A stretch of 38,369 nt of DNA from Priapulus caudatus (GCF_000485595.1 NW_014577061.1:431644-470012), one strand, 5' to 3'. Numbered from the stretch's first letter, positions 21,260 to 33,046 are shown. Made by a program: numbers and translations. Notes: generated by a model from the sequence alone, not told the origin.

Positions 21260-21481
21260 CTCTCTCTTCTCTCTCTTCTCTTCTCTCTTCTCTCCTCTCT
21301 CTCTCTCTCTTTCTCCTCTCTCTCTCTTTCTTCTCTCTTCTCTTTCTTTCTCTCTCTCTTCTTCTCTTCTCCTCCTCTCTCGCTCTCTCTCTCTTGTCGT
21401 TTCTTTCTCTCTCTCTCTCTTTTCTCTCTTCTTCTCTCTTCTCGCTCTCTCTCTCTCTTTCTCGTCTCTCTCTCTCCTCTC

Positions 21482-21518
<37 letters not shown>

Positions 21519-21530
21519 CTTCTTCTCTCT

Positions 21531-21562
<32 letters not shown>

Positions 21563-21795
21563 TTCGTTCTCTCTCTTCTTCGTCTTTTGTCTCTCTTTCT
21601 ATCCTTCGCGCGCTTCCCTCTTCTTCCTCGGGTCTTTCTCTCTCTTTCTTCTCTCTCGCTCTCTCTCTCTCTCTCTCCGCTTCTCTCTCTTCTTCTCTCT
21701 CTCTCTCTCTCTCTCCTCTCTCTCTCCGTCTCCTTCTTCTCTCGCTCTCTGTTCTCTTTCCTCATCTCCTCTCTCTCTCTCTCTGCTCTCTCCTT

Positions 21796-21870
<75 letters not shown>

Positions 21871-21892
21871 TCTCGCTCTCTGTCTCTCTTTC
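21130..21892. repeat. Long imperfect (CT)n tract, about 760 bp
   Basis: Directly visible; it is the source of the Ser/Leu and Glu/Arg ORFs. Confidence 0.95.
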
Positions 21893-22882
21893 TCGCAAAC
21901 ACTCCGTGCGTGCCCCACAGACATACACGCTCCGTCCTCGCACTGTCCAAGAATGTAAATCAGTATGTCGTACTTCGCGGCCGTTTTCGATTTTCGACTT
22001 TCTGTGAAAAAAATACATCTCGGTTATTTGATGGGCTAGCTGGCGCGCGCGTTCGCTCCCCGAACAGCCCTTCGCATGGCGCGACGCCAATGCGGAATTA
22101 CATCTAGGCAACTACTCGTGCCTTCTACATGATTGCCTCGCCGTCGCCACTGCCGTGTCTGCTTGCGGCGCACAAATCGTGAATTTATCGCTGGTCGCGC
22201 GAATATACGACCGACGCCCGAGCGACACTGAGCGCGAGTGTCGCTCGAATCTTGTCGCTTCGCGACGCGCTGTTTTTTTTTCACGGTTTGGCGCGTTTTC
22301 GCGGCGGCGCTCGGGTATCGAACCCGCGGGGTCGTATGAACTCTGATAAGCGGTGCCGCGCCATGATTTAATCGCTGTCGTACGCGTTTTATGTGATCAG
22401 CATTTGACCAGGTTTCACGGGGTGCGGCCCGTGCAAGCGTGAGTCATCGTACATGTACCCTGTGAGGGCTGAGCTGCTTTGTGCTGCTGCCGCATGGATT
22501 GCGTGAGGAGCGCGCGGGCAATGCTGTAATGGCTTCTCAGCTTCTTTCGACACCTTTCCTCGTACGTAGTCTTGCGTATCGATTTTCGGTGAGCTGACTG
22601 CGTGTGCGTATGTGGGAGGGTGTGGGTAGGTGTATGTATATGTGTGCTGAAGTAGTGAACTGTCGGTCGGTCTCACAGCGCCTGTGTGCGTGCAACTGTA
22701 GCATACGTGATCCTGCAAAAACTAAAACTGGCGGTTGCGTGAATAGAAGGGTGATTTGATGTTTTCCGCAACATTTCATAGAATGTATTTTTCGAAGTAA
22801 TTTCCTTGATATGTATTCGCTTCGTGTATGTTTCTGTGCATGCGCACACGCGTAAGCGATCGTATGCATTTACTCGTATAAG

Positions 22883-22952
22883 CAGGAGTGTATAATTTAT
22901 TATGTCTATTATGGACTCTTGATAATATAGATTCTATAATTATACACTCCTG
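22883..22952. mobile_element. 70-bp element with perfect 15-bp TIRs and 7-bp TSD (CAGGAGTGTATAAT family)
   Basis: CAGGAGTGTATAATT (22883-22897) / AATTATACACTCCTG (22938-22952) surround a 40-nt AT-rich filler. Flanks are GTATAAG and GTATCAG. Confidence 0.85.
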
Positions 22953-22992
22953 GTATCAGTGTGTGTGAAACAGATACGTTGTATACTATTAT

Positions 22993-23025
22993 CAGGAGGG
23001 AATTATATATTATTATTCACTCCTG
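22993..23025. mobile_element. 33-bp palindromic element with 7-bp TSD
   Basis: CAGGAGGGAATTATA / TATTATTCACTCCTG match 13/15. Flanks are CTATTAT (22986-22992) and ATATTAT (23026-23032). Confidence 0.8.
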
Positions 23026-23655
23026 ATATTATATTTTTGGACCATGGCGACCGAATGGTTGATAGTACTTGAGGTATGCCTACTGCCTCACTAGCGTACG
23101 TGCTAGCATGTACGGACCGATTTCCCTTCCAGCAACTATGCAAATCTGCTCAAGCTTAGGCTGATCTGGGTGTTGCCTCTACATGTTCGGGTTTTCGCTC
23201 GGATGTGGGAGAAATGGCAGTCGGTTTCGTACCCGCGACAACGCGGTGCCGCGACCGTTTCAGGGCTAGAATTTTCATCAAAACTGCTCTTAGCGTTTCA
23301 CGTTGGAATTCGAGACGATGTCGACGTCGATGCCGAACCATCACAGCGCACATGAATGTTTAATGCTAATGGTGGCGTGAGTGTCATGTGCGATCAGAAC
23401 ACCTTGAGTGATGGCTGCATTAACTGACCGGCGAAATGCGAATCTAATAACGGCGATTTTTGTCTGTCAGGAATTCGTGTATCTAGAGTGCTGTTTCGCA
23501 CGACATGGATGGATCGAGCGATGGGGTAGGCTTCCCTACCGCGATATAATATGATCATGAATCACATGTAGCTGCTCGTGGCCAGTGATTTCGTGGTTGT
23601 AGTTGACCGGGGTCGGCATTTCGGCGTTGGGTCTGTATAGATGGGAAGGATAACC

Positions 23656-23657
<2 letters not shown>

Positions 23658-23702
<45 letters not shown>

Positions 23703-23716
23703 GGTGGTGGTGGTGG

Positions 23717-23750
<34 letters not shown>
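23658..23750. repeat. Compound microsatellite (GTT)10(GGT)10(GCT)11
   Basis: Counted directly. Confidence 0.95.
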
Positions 23751-23900
23751 ATTGTTGTTATCGTAGCTGCTGTTGCTGCTGGTCGAGCAAAGGTTGATTT
23801 ATATGTGAAATCCCGGTCGAATTTGTGGTCGAGCTCAAATGATTTCATTGTCGCAACCTGCTCTGGTTAGTAAGCGTGTAACCAGTCCGCTTAATTTTAT

Positions 23901-23937
23901 CAGGAGTGTATAATATCGACTATATTATACACTCCTG
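23901..23937. mobile_element. 37-bp perfect palindromic element with perfect 7-bp TSD
   Basis: CAGGAGTGTATAATAT-cgact-ATATTATACACTCCTG matches 16/16. ATTTTAT flanks it at 23894-23900 and 23938-23944. Confidence 0.9.
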
Positions 23938-24275
23938 ATTTTATCGGATCGTTGAGGTGGACGTGTGTGTGTTGGGTGGGGGTTGGGGCCCAAAAACACG
24001 AAATGTTAATGTATGTAAAACATAGTAGTAAAAAACTAGATGCTGAATGTTAGCTCCAAAGTCTTTCTACACACTCAGCTTCTTCGTATGCGATCTCAAA
24101 GCTGTCCATCGCAAACCCTCTGGCACATGTACTCTAGCGGCAGAGAACGCTTCGCCGCTATATATGAGCGAGCGACGTGCAATTACCCAGAGCTTACAGC
24201 CTGCAGGAGTCGGGGTAGGCATGGAGGAAAAGGATCGTTATACGCGTGCGATTGCTCGAGCCGCGGCAAGCTCTG

Positions 24276-24301
24276 CAACCTTTATGACTAGCTAGCAGCA
24301 A
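24276..24301 (-). repeat. First unit of the 24-bp minisatellite, running into the gap
   Basis: CAACCTTTATGACTAGCTAGCAGCAA is essentially the reverse complement of the unit at 27400-28020. Confidence 0.85.
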
Positions 24302-25228
24302 NNNNNNNNNNNNNNNNNNNNNNNNNNNNNNNNNNNNNNNNNNNNNNNNNNNNNNNNNNNNNNNNNNNNNNNNNNNNNNNNNNNNNNNNNNNNNNNNNNN
24401 NNNNNNNNNNNNNNNNNNNNNNNNNNNNNNNNNNNNNNNNNNNNNNNNNNNNNNNNNNNNNNNNNNNNNNNNNNNNNNNNNNNNNNNNNNNNNNNNNNNN
24501 NNNNNNNNNNNNNNNNNNNNNNNNNNNNNNNNNNNNNNNNNNNNNNNNNNNNNNNNNNNNNNNNNNNNNNNNNNNNNNNNNNNNNNNNNNNNNNNNNNNN
24601 NNNNNNNNNNNNNNNNNNNNNNNNNNNNNNNNNNNNNNNNNNNNNNNNNNNNNNNNNNNNNNNNNNNNNNNNNNNNNNNNNNNNNNNNNNNNNNNNNNNN
24701 NNNNNNNNNNNNNNNNNNNNNNNNNNNNNNNNNNNNNNNNNNNNNNNNNNNNNNNNNNNNNNNNNNNNNNNNNNNNNNNNNNNNNNNNNNNNNNNNNNNN
24801 NNNNNNNNNNNNNNNNNNNNNNNNNNNNNNNNNNNNNNNNNNNNNNNNNNNNNNNNNNNNNNNNNNNNNNNNNNNNNNNNNNNNNNNNNNNNNNNNNNNN
24901 NNNNNNNNNNNNNNNNNNNNNNNNNNNNNNNNNNNNNNNNNNNNNNNNNNNNNNNNNNNNNNNNNNNNNNNNNNNNNNNNNNNNNNNNNNNNNNNNNNNN
25001 NNNNNNNNNNNNNNNNNNNNNNNNNNNNNNNNNNNNNNNNNNNNNNNNNNNNNNNNNNNNNNNNNNNNNNNNNNNNNNNNNNNNNNNNNNNNNNNNNNNN
25101 NNNNNNNNNNNNNNNNNNNNNNNNNNNNNNNNNNNNNNNNNNNNNNNNNNNNNNNNNNNNNNNNNNNNNNNNNNNNNNNNNNNNNNNNNNNNNNNNNNNN
25201 NNNNNNNNNNNNNNNNNNNNNNNNNNNN
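24302..25228. other. Assembly gap (N run)
   Basis: N run. Confidence 0.99.
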
Positions 25229-27394
25229 TGGAATCAGTAATAGCGTGGAGCATTATTGATGGACTGCGGACGCAGTATAGGGCGTAGAGCTTCAGGTATG
25301 CGGCGTGACAATAGCGTAGAATTATTCTGACGAGTAGATAGACAAAGAGGTAGTGTCTGACCAGTATGACGGTAGATTATTCCGACCAATTATATCGTAT
25401 ATGGATTATTCTGACGCAAAAGCTATACATCAGATTGATTGGCTGGACGCAGGTATACGTAGATTAATTCTGACCAAGTATAATACTTTTCTGACCAAGT
25501 ATACCCTAATTATTCTGTACGGCAGTAATACGTACATTATTCTGACCTGTATACGTACATTATTCTGACCAGTATATCGTAACATAATGCTGACCAGTTA
25601 TACCTACATTATTCTGACCAAGTATAGCATATAAGTTAATTGCTTGGCTGACCAGTATACGGTATCAGGTCATTCTGTACCAGTGGGGATACGTACATAA
25701 TGCTGAGTCAGTATGACGTAGATTAAATGCCTGACCAGTGGATACGTGATGTATTATATGCTGATCCAGTATACGTAGCATTATTCTGACAGCAGTATAC
25801 TCAGTACATTATTCTGACCTGCTATACATAACATTATTCTGACCTGTAACATACCATTGATTCTGGACAGGTATACATATCATTATGGTCTGACCAGTAT
25901 ACGTAGATTATTCTGACCATTATGACATACATTATTGCGCTGGACTGGGTGTATACATACATTATTGGCTGTACTGGTATACATACAGCGGCTTTAGTTG
26001 CACTGACCCGAGTAATAGAAGGCAGTGACACATTATTCTGACTGTATAACATACAGTTATTCTAGAACCTGGGTGAACTGACATATCATTAATCTGACCA
26101 AGTAGTACAATACATTATTCTGAGGGCGCATCTGTGGTGACGGTGGCGTGCAGGGGAGGGGGTTGAGTGATAGGAAGCGTATCGACTATTGCTGACCGCC
26201 AGTATACATACTCAGTTAATCTGACCTTGTATACATACAGTTTGAGTTGCTGACCAGTAATACGGTACAATAATGCTGAACAAGGGTTATTAGCGTACAC
26301 TAATGCGTGACAGTATACGGTACATTATTCTGACCAGTATACATACATTTATTCTTGACGCAGTATACGTGACAGTGTATTCTGAAGCCATGTTGATTAC
26401 GTACATTATTGCTGACCCAAGTATAAAGTCGTACATGTGTATGTCGTGACCAGTATGTGCACTAACGGCTGCGTGGGCTGTGGACGAGCAAATTCAGTAC
26501 ATGTTATATTGGTCGACTGTAAGGACAGACTCGTAGCAGATTATGGAAAGCAGCGCATGGGAGGATGAATGGCAAGTGTCATAGCACGCTGCCTGGCAGG
26601 TGACTACATGATCCGGGAATCTACACGTGATCTGCCTTATCACAGGGGAGGCCACTAGATCGCAATTGGCCCCTGCAATCAACGGCTGCTTATGTCTGCG
26701 CGGAGATGAAGGTCGGGAAACTCATGAATTGCCTGCAGCCAATAATTAGATAACAGCCAGCCACATGAAATTATTCTGGCGGCCTAGTTAGCCCATCGTG
26801 CGCACCGGCTGGCAAATGTTATTGACGCCTTACATAGTAAAGCGACATGTCGGTGTGGGAGCGTGAATCATCTCAGTGTGCTGGGCCGAACAACGGGTAT
26901 CTGGGTTGAGGCCGTGCGCTGGTGAGGGTGATGGTGGGGGCGGGCGCTGGTACGCAACTATAATTAGCCAACTAGTGATTGTCGTGAAAACAACCTGGCT
27001 GCTGGGGTGTGTTAAGCGGCAGGACGACGATTCTTTGAACTCGGCTGTAATTTAAGCCCGTAATTGTTCGGATGTTACGGAAACGACGTAAGCTTCCTGA
27101 GTGGCACGCCGATGTTCGTATATGGCGCTCGTGCCAGTCCTGCCACGCGTCGCTCTCCTTCGTAGCGCAGGGCTAGGCATTTCGATACTATAATGCCGGC
27201 CAAGGGGCGGAACGCGCCACTTACTATTGCACTTGCCCATCCACCAACCAGCACAGCCCGGCAGGAATTCAGGAGCATAGTAGTGACAGGGCACGCGCTG
27301 AGGAATACGCCGTGGCAGGATGTCTTACCGTGGACCCGACGATACGATATAAGCATGTAGAATATCTGCATAATAGACAACTCGTACAAAAAAT
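25229..27394 (-). repeat. Noisy inverted copy of 8817 to about 10000, including a longer 23-bp array (25229 to about 26460)
   Basis: Anchors: ATCCGGGAATCTACACGTGATCTGCCTT (about 26610, rc of about 9366-9393), GCTGGTACGCAAC (about 26946, rc of about 9150-9162) and AGACAACTCGTACAAAA (about 27375, rc of about 8818-8834). Errors are insertion-rich. Confidence 0.9.
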
Positions 27395-27399
27395 AGGCA

Positions 27400-28020
27400 G
27401 AGTGAAGCCTTGGTGGTTGCGGGTAAGTCATAAAGGCTTGCTGTGGTGCGTATTCATAAGAGGTTTGGCTACTAGCTAGTCTAGAAGGCTCCGTGCTGCG
27501 GGTAGTGGGTAGGTCATAAGAGGCGTTGCTGGTTAGTCAGTCATAAAGGGTTTGGTTCTAGCTGTTCATAAAGGCTTGCTGCTAGTGTAGTCATAAAAGG
27601 TTTTTGCTGCTAGGCTAGTCATAAAGGTTTGCTTGCTAGCTAGTCATAAAGGCTTGCTACTAGCTAGTCATAAAGTTTGCTAGCTAGCTAGTGCATAAAA
27701 AGGTTGCTGCTAGCTAGTCATAAAGGTTTGCTGCTAGCTAAGTGCATAGAAGGGTGTTGCTAGCTACTAGAGTCAATGAAAGGTTTGGCTGCTAGCTAGT
27801 CATAAAGGTTTGCTGCTAGCTAGTCATAAAGGTTCCTGCTGCTAGCTAGTCATACTAAGGTTTTGCTGGCTAGCTAGTTCATAAAGGTTTGCTGCTAGCT
27901 AGTCATAGAAGGTTTCGGCTGGGCTAGCTTAGTCATAAAGGCTTGCAACTAGCTAAGTTATAAAGGGCTTGCTAGCCTAGCCAGTCATAAAGGCTTGCAG
28001 CCTGAGCTAGCTCATAAAGG
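27400..28020 (+). repeat. 24-bp minisatellite (AGTCATAAAGGTTTGCTGCTAGCT)n, noisy
   Basis: A period of 24 is seen at 27798 and 27822, with many degenerate units. Confidence 0.9.
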
Positions 28021-28238
28021 CTGCTGCTGCTGTTTTGTTGTTGGCTTCGCTGCTGGGCTGGCTGCTGCTTGAGGCTAGTCATGTACCTTGCTGGCGTTTG
28101 GCTGGTGCAGTAAAGCCTTCTTTGCTGCGCTGACTAAGCTACAGAGACTAGCTGCTGTGGGGTCGCTGGGCGCGAGTATATCGTGCATTAAACACAAGAG
28201 CTTGCCGTGGCCGAGCAATCGACGGCGCAGTAACGATT

Positions 28239-31200
28239 CATCGGTGTTATGTATGTAGCTACTGTTCAGCATCGGCTACTAACCGTCAACATGCGCAGCT
28301 ACTGGTCAGTATGAGATCCGGGTCATTCACAGTCTGTAGCCAAGTTTCAATCTAAAGGGAATCTTTTGTCTACTCGGTGTCTTGCTGCTTTTTTTTATCT
28401 CCTTTCTTTGCAATCTTCGTACATTGCTTGCAGCAGGCGCGACTGTTTAAGTGACATTTTAGCTTCGTGTCTCAATGATGGCTTTACGGGCGATAGTATT
28501 GCTTTCAGTAGGCGCTTCCTATCCTTCTCTATCGTGCTTTGTGCGAGAGAGCGAGTCAGTGCTGCCATTGTGATTGCGTTTAGTTTTGGATAATATCGGT
28601 TGAAATTATATGAAGCATTAGAGTTGGGCTGGCAGTGCGCATTTTTCCTACAATGTATTCAATTAGCATGTGAAAGCAGTACGCGAGGTTTGTAGGAAAT
28701 CAGTTTTGCATTTAACCGACTCAATGATTGATAGAATATAGTAGTAGCGGTGCTGCTTTTGAATGTCCTGGTATTAACAACGCAACTACATGTGAAACCC
28801 ATGCAATGCATTGCTACTGAGCGCGTGCAAAGCCATACAAATAAAATAAAAAAATAAATAAAATATAGAGAGAGAGATAGAGAGAGGAGAGATGAAAGCG
28901 GAGAGCGCGCGAGCGAGAGAGGGAGAGAGAGAGAAAGAGAGAGAAAGGGATTCGTGGCTAACATGACATAGCTATGATGAGCATAGCATCGGGTTCGCGT
29001 CTCCGCTCTGCCTGCCTTTCTTTATTCCAGCGGGATTATAAAGCACGCGGGCTGATAATCCATATAACAACATTTTCGGGTAACCTGGCAGCTTGTTTTC
29101 GTGCCACCACCAGCATCGTTCTCGGTAATGCGGGAGACTTGCGGCCCAGCCTCATCCTCGCTAATCGGCCAACAAGAATAATCGAAGGCTTTCGTGCATG
29201 CCAAGAAAGATGTGCAGTATACTGGATAGTGGATACACGCGTACCCAAACCGAAATGCCGGTAGGAATCCGGCTCAGGACTGCTAAGCGGTGCTTAGTGC
29301 GGCGAGGCACATGTGTTCGCTGGTAGAGCTGCGAACTACGTTTTGCAATTTACTTTGTGCATCGAATAATTTTTTTAAGAAGCAGGTGGATATAGATTTT
29401 GAGTGCTGGTGAGACGTGAACACTCGTAACCTTAGCGGCGAAATGAATAAAATATGGCATACTCAAAACATGAAGAAATACGAAGAAATCGATCTCGTTT
29501 CGTTTGTATCGATTGGTCGGGTTATGGCAAAGAAATAAGCTACTGTACATGTGCCCTCGCCGCATGGCTTAGCTACATAAGCAGTGATTAGGTAGGCTAG
29601 CTATATATATCTATGTAATCAGTGTTGATAACTGTGAAGCTTCTATACTCCCTTCTGCATCCTCTACTGGCGGTCTTACAAACTGCACCGGTGGTCGCGC
29701 ACACGTTCTCTACAGACCCGTCTTATTTGCATGTGTAAATTACCGTTGAAACAGACGTACTGTGTATACTTCACGAAAAACATACACGACAAAGGCGTTC
29801 TTTCCCTTCGCGGTCATGCGGCGAACGATGGCGGGATGTTAGCGTCTGTGTGCAGTCATTGCTTTCCTTCACCACGATATGCTGCAACATTAATGCGGTT
29901 GAGTGCGTCGATGGAACTGGGGCGCGTGTGGGATTCGCGAAACCATATAAACTGTAAAGCCGCATATCATTAATAGTAAATTAAAGCGCATGGATGTCGG
30001 CTTTCCAAGAGCTCTGCCGTAGACTATTCTATAGTGATTAAACTCCCCTGCCGAAATAAAAAAAATAACAGCGAGTATATACGATCACCAGAGGGAATGG
30101 CTGAATGGTACTGGGGCAGGGTTCTCAGGAGAGGGTTGAGGGATGCGCACACGAAAACTATGAAACGAAGGTGTGTCTATGATATTATAGAGTATAAGGC
30201 ACAACGTATCGATTATAGATAATCATTATAGGGTGTATGAGTTAAAGTATTGAGAACGCCTAAATCTTTTCTCTTATATCCTATATTTCTTTCATAACAT
30301 ATCAGGCGTATACGTCAACTAATACTGGAGTAAATGTCCCTACGTCCCCACGTCCCCATGTCCCCACGTCTATGTTTCTACGTTAGCTGGGCTACTGATC
30401 TACTGATCTGCTGTTGCACATACTGAGATTGTCGCGTTGCGTGTCTGCTGAGAATTATGCTGTTGAGTGTGCCACCCGTAGATTTTTTTGTCCGTGGATT
30501 TCGTTTAGATTTAATCCGGAACTAACTTCCCAGACCGTGTATTTAGGTGCGTTCGATTGCATTCTATAGGTTGTCATTAGTTTCATTGGTTGCTGCTCCT
30601 TTCCAATTTTCGCATTAACTCACTACTCATCGGGACTTAATTTTTGTGAGTATAGCAGCGAAGCAAATGCATGGAAACGATATGGAGCAAACTTGCCATT
30701 TAGCCGTCAGCACCGATGGCGTGTTGTAGTTTCCTACCAGGATAATATTCAGACTGAAAATAAACAACTCTGTTGAATAAACAACTTCGTGACATGTTTT
30801 TTTTTCGCCCTTGCATGAAATCGCGATGGAATGTTTGGCATTGGATGTTTGCTGTTAAATGTTTTAATTCTGTTTAATAGAATTTTGCGGGTTATTCAAC
30901 GTGATCATGGTAATATACATGCGCATATGCATATTCATATGCATATGTAATGTATTGGGTTTTCAGGACAATTGTACCATATACCTAAAGCTATTGTAAT
31001 TAAATATATACATATATAATGTTTTCCGAAAAAGTTTAATTGGTTTCTTCTATAAGACAAAATCCCCCAGCTGTGCTGTTTTTCATCTATATGCTGCTCT
31101 GACCTTTTTTAAGAATTTGATTATGTTTGCTCTAGTAGTCGTAATTATTAGTTGTCAGTTTTCCCCCTGCAGTGTAGTCAAACACTCCTGGGGAGTTAAT

Positions 31201-31353
31201 GAGCCTGCGTTTGTCGGCATGGAAGTGAATTCCTCAAGATTCAATGACTTGCTCATCCATGTTAAATGAAACTGTCGACACTCACTCTGCGAAATTGGCG
31301 TCCCGTGCCAGAAGTAGCTGGGAGGCGGTGGCAGACAACTGTCACTGCGGTCC
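28239..31353 (+). repeat. Direct copy of 10014-14594, lacking 10515-10627 and about 12664-13853
   Basis: Collinear match with frequent 1-bp deletions. Junctions are at 28722/28723 and 30645/30646. Confidence 0.95.
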
Positions 31354-31691
31354 TATGATGAAAACTGAGCAGTGCTCAGTGTGGTTACTGCAGTCTCACA
31401 CGGCAGCCTCTGAAACGGTTTTATGATCGTTACGGAGGTTTTATCATTAAAAGCCTGTTTAGCTGCATTCGAGACCAGGAGATGCGGCTCTGCAGTTTCT
31501 ATAACTATGGCATTTAGAGTGATAGCTGATATGATGGCTGCTGTGCTGGACGAGTGGTTTTATGGAGTGAGAGAAATAATATCTTCGCGATGTAATATAC
31601 AGACAGCGTTCCTAGGTAGTGTGTATTAGTACAGCCAGCCGCGGCCCTGGGAGAGTGTATGGACATGGTGTGCAATGCCCCCTGATAGAGT

Positions 31692-31731
31692 CAAAGGTAA
31701 ATAAAGACAAATTTGTCATTATTCTCCCCTG
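31692..31731. mobile_element. 40-bp palindromic element, 20+20 nt arms with no filler
   Basis: CAAAGGTAAATAAAGACAAA / TTTGTCATTATTCTCCCCTG match 15/20. Flanks ATAGAGT and ATAGTAT match 5/7. Confidence 0.65.
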
Positions 31732-33031
31732 ATAGTATACCCTCCCAAAGCAGTATCCCCTAATTGTGTGTAATTATACGACAATCAGTTCTCCCAACTT
31801 TCTTTCTGGGAAAAGATCATCAACTCGCGGGGGGATCTGTGACAATAATTTGCAGTCACTGTTCATATTTAGTGCTGCGCTAGTCGCAGTAACATATGAA
31901 ACAAAGCATTATCAGACGAAGGGCTGATTTATCTGCGCATACGATATATAACAATATATCAAAAGTTATAGACAGAGTATATAGTTATATAGATGTAGTA
32001 ATTATTTCCGGGTAAACGATGGCTAACGATGACATTTTAAACCTGAAATTGAAAAAGGAATTCGGGTACCCTTGTTTTTACGTATGAGATTTTTAACCCC
32101 CATCCCCTTCCCCCAGAGGCCTTAATCCCCCATCGTTATGGACCACCCATCTGGTACCACTGCTGAGTCGGGTCCCCAACGTAGTGCACCGATATTGTAC
32201 AGGCGATGATAAGCCAATAATGATTCGCCCAATGACGAGGCGAGTCAGGTACCGGCTGTCAGCAACATAATTTGTCTTAACATTAGTTGTATATAACATT
32301 AACTTCGACTCGTAAACCGTTGACAGAAATATATCGTAAAGTTACGAGAACGAAAAATCCTTGCCAACCCACGGTACCGCCAGGGCCCGGCTCCACATCA
32401 ACCACGGTCTAGTGAGTATGATAGATACGGTCAGGATACGATGTGACAGACAGTGGTCCCCTTCTTAGCAGATCGTGCATATATAGCGCTGTTCTGCGTG
32501 AGCAGCATGTGACAGCGTATCGGTTCGCATTTCACCTGTGCTTTCCAGTGATTCTAACAGCCAGTGCTGCATAATGGAAGCTAAAAAGAAGGATATCGTA
32601 CGTGGCAGTCCGTGACAGCTTGCACAGCGCCTGATTAATTGCTGCGCAATCGAAGTGAAGTCGTGTTGCGTCGACGCGACGCGTAGCATGCATGTACCCC
32701 TCTTCCTCACTGCGCTAACCTCGTCCTCAGCCCGTACAAAAGATGCTCGCATACATTGTTGCGCCGGTGGCGAATAAAGCTATTCCCTTCGTAATTTGAA
32801 AGGCAATTTTCGTCCCCTTCCCGCTGTGTTTGCGCGGGGAGTGTTTTTAGGAGCTGAGTCAACAAGGTGTGTTGTGGGCCTTGTGGCTGTTGGAGCTGGG
32901 TGCTGCGCGCAGCGGAGGAGCTTTGCTGCGGGAAGAAAGACACGCGCGCATGACGTCTGGTGTTGCTACAGACAGCACCCAGTCGGTGACCGGGCTGTTG
33001 ACGATTCTTCAATCTGCTTACTTTTCTCAAG

Positions 33032-33046
33032 ATAGAGAGAGAGAGA

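Noticed and set aside
20836..22111. Long ORFs of 170-423 aa
   Set aside because: They are translations of the (CT)n tract, with Ser/Leu or Glu/Arg runs open in several frames on both strands.
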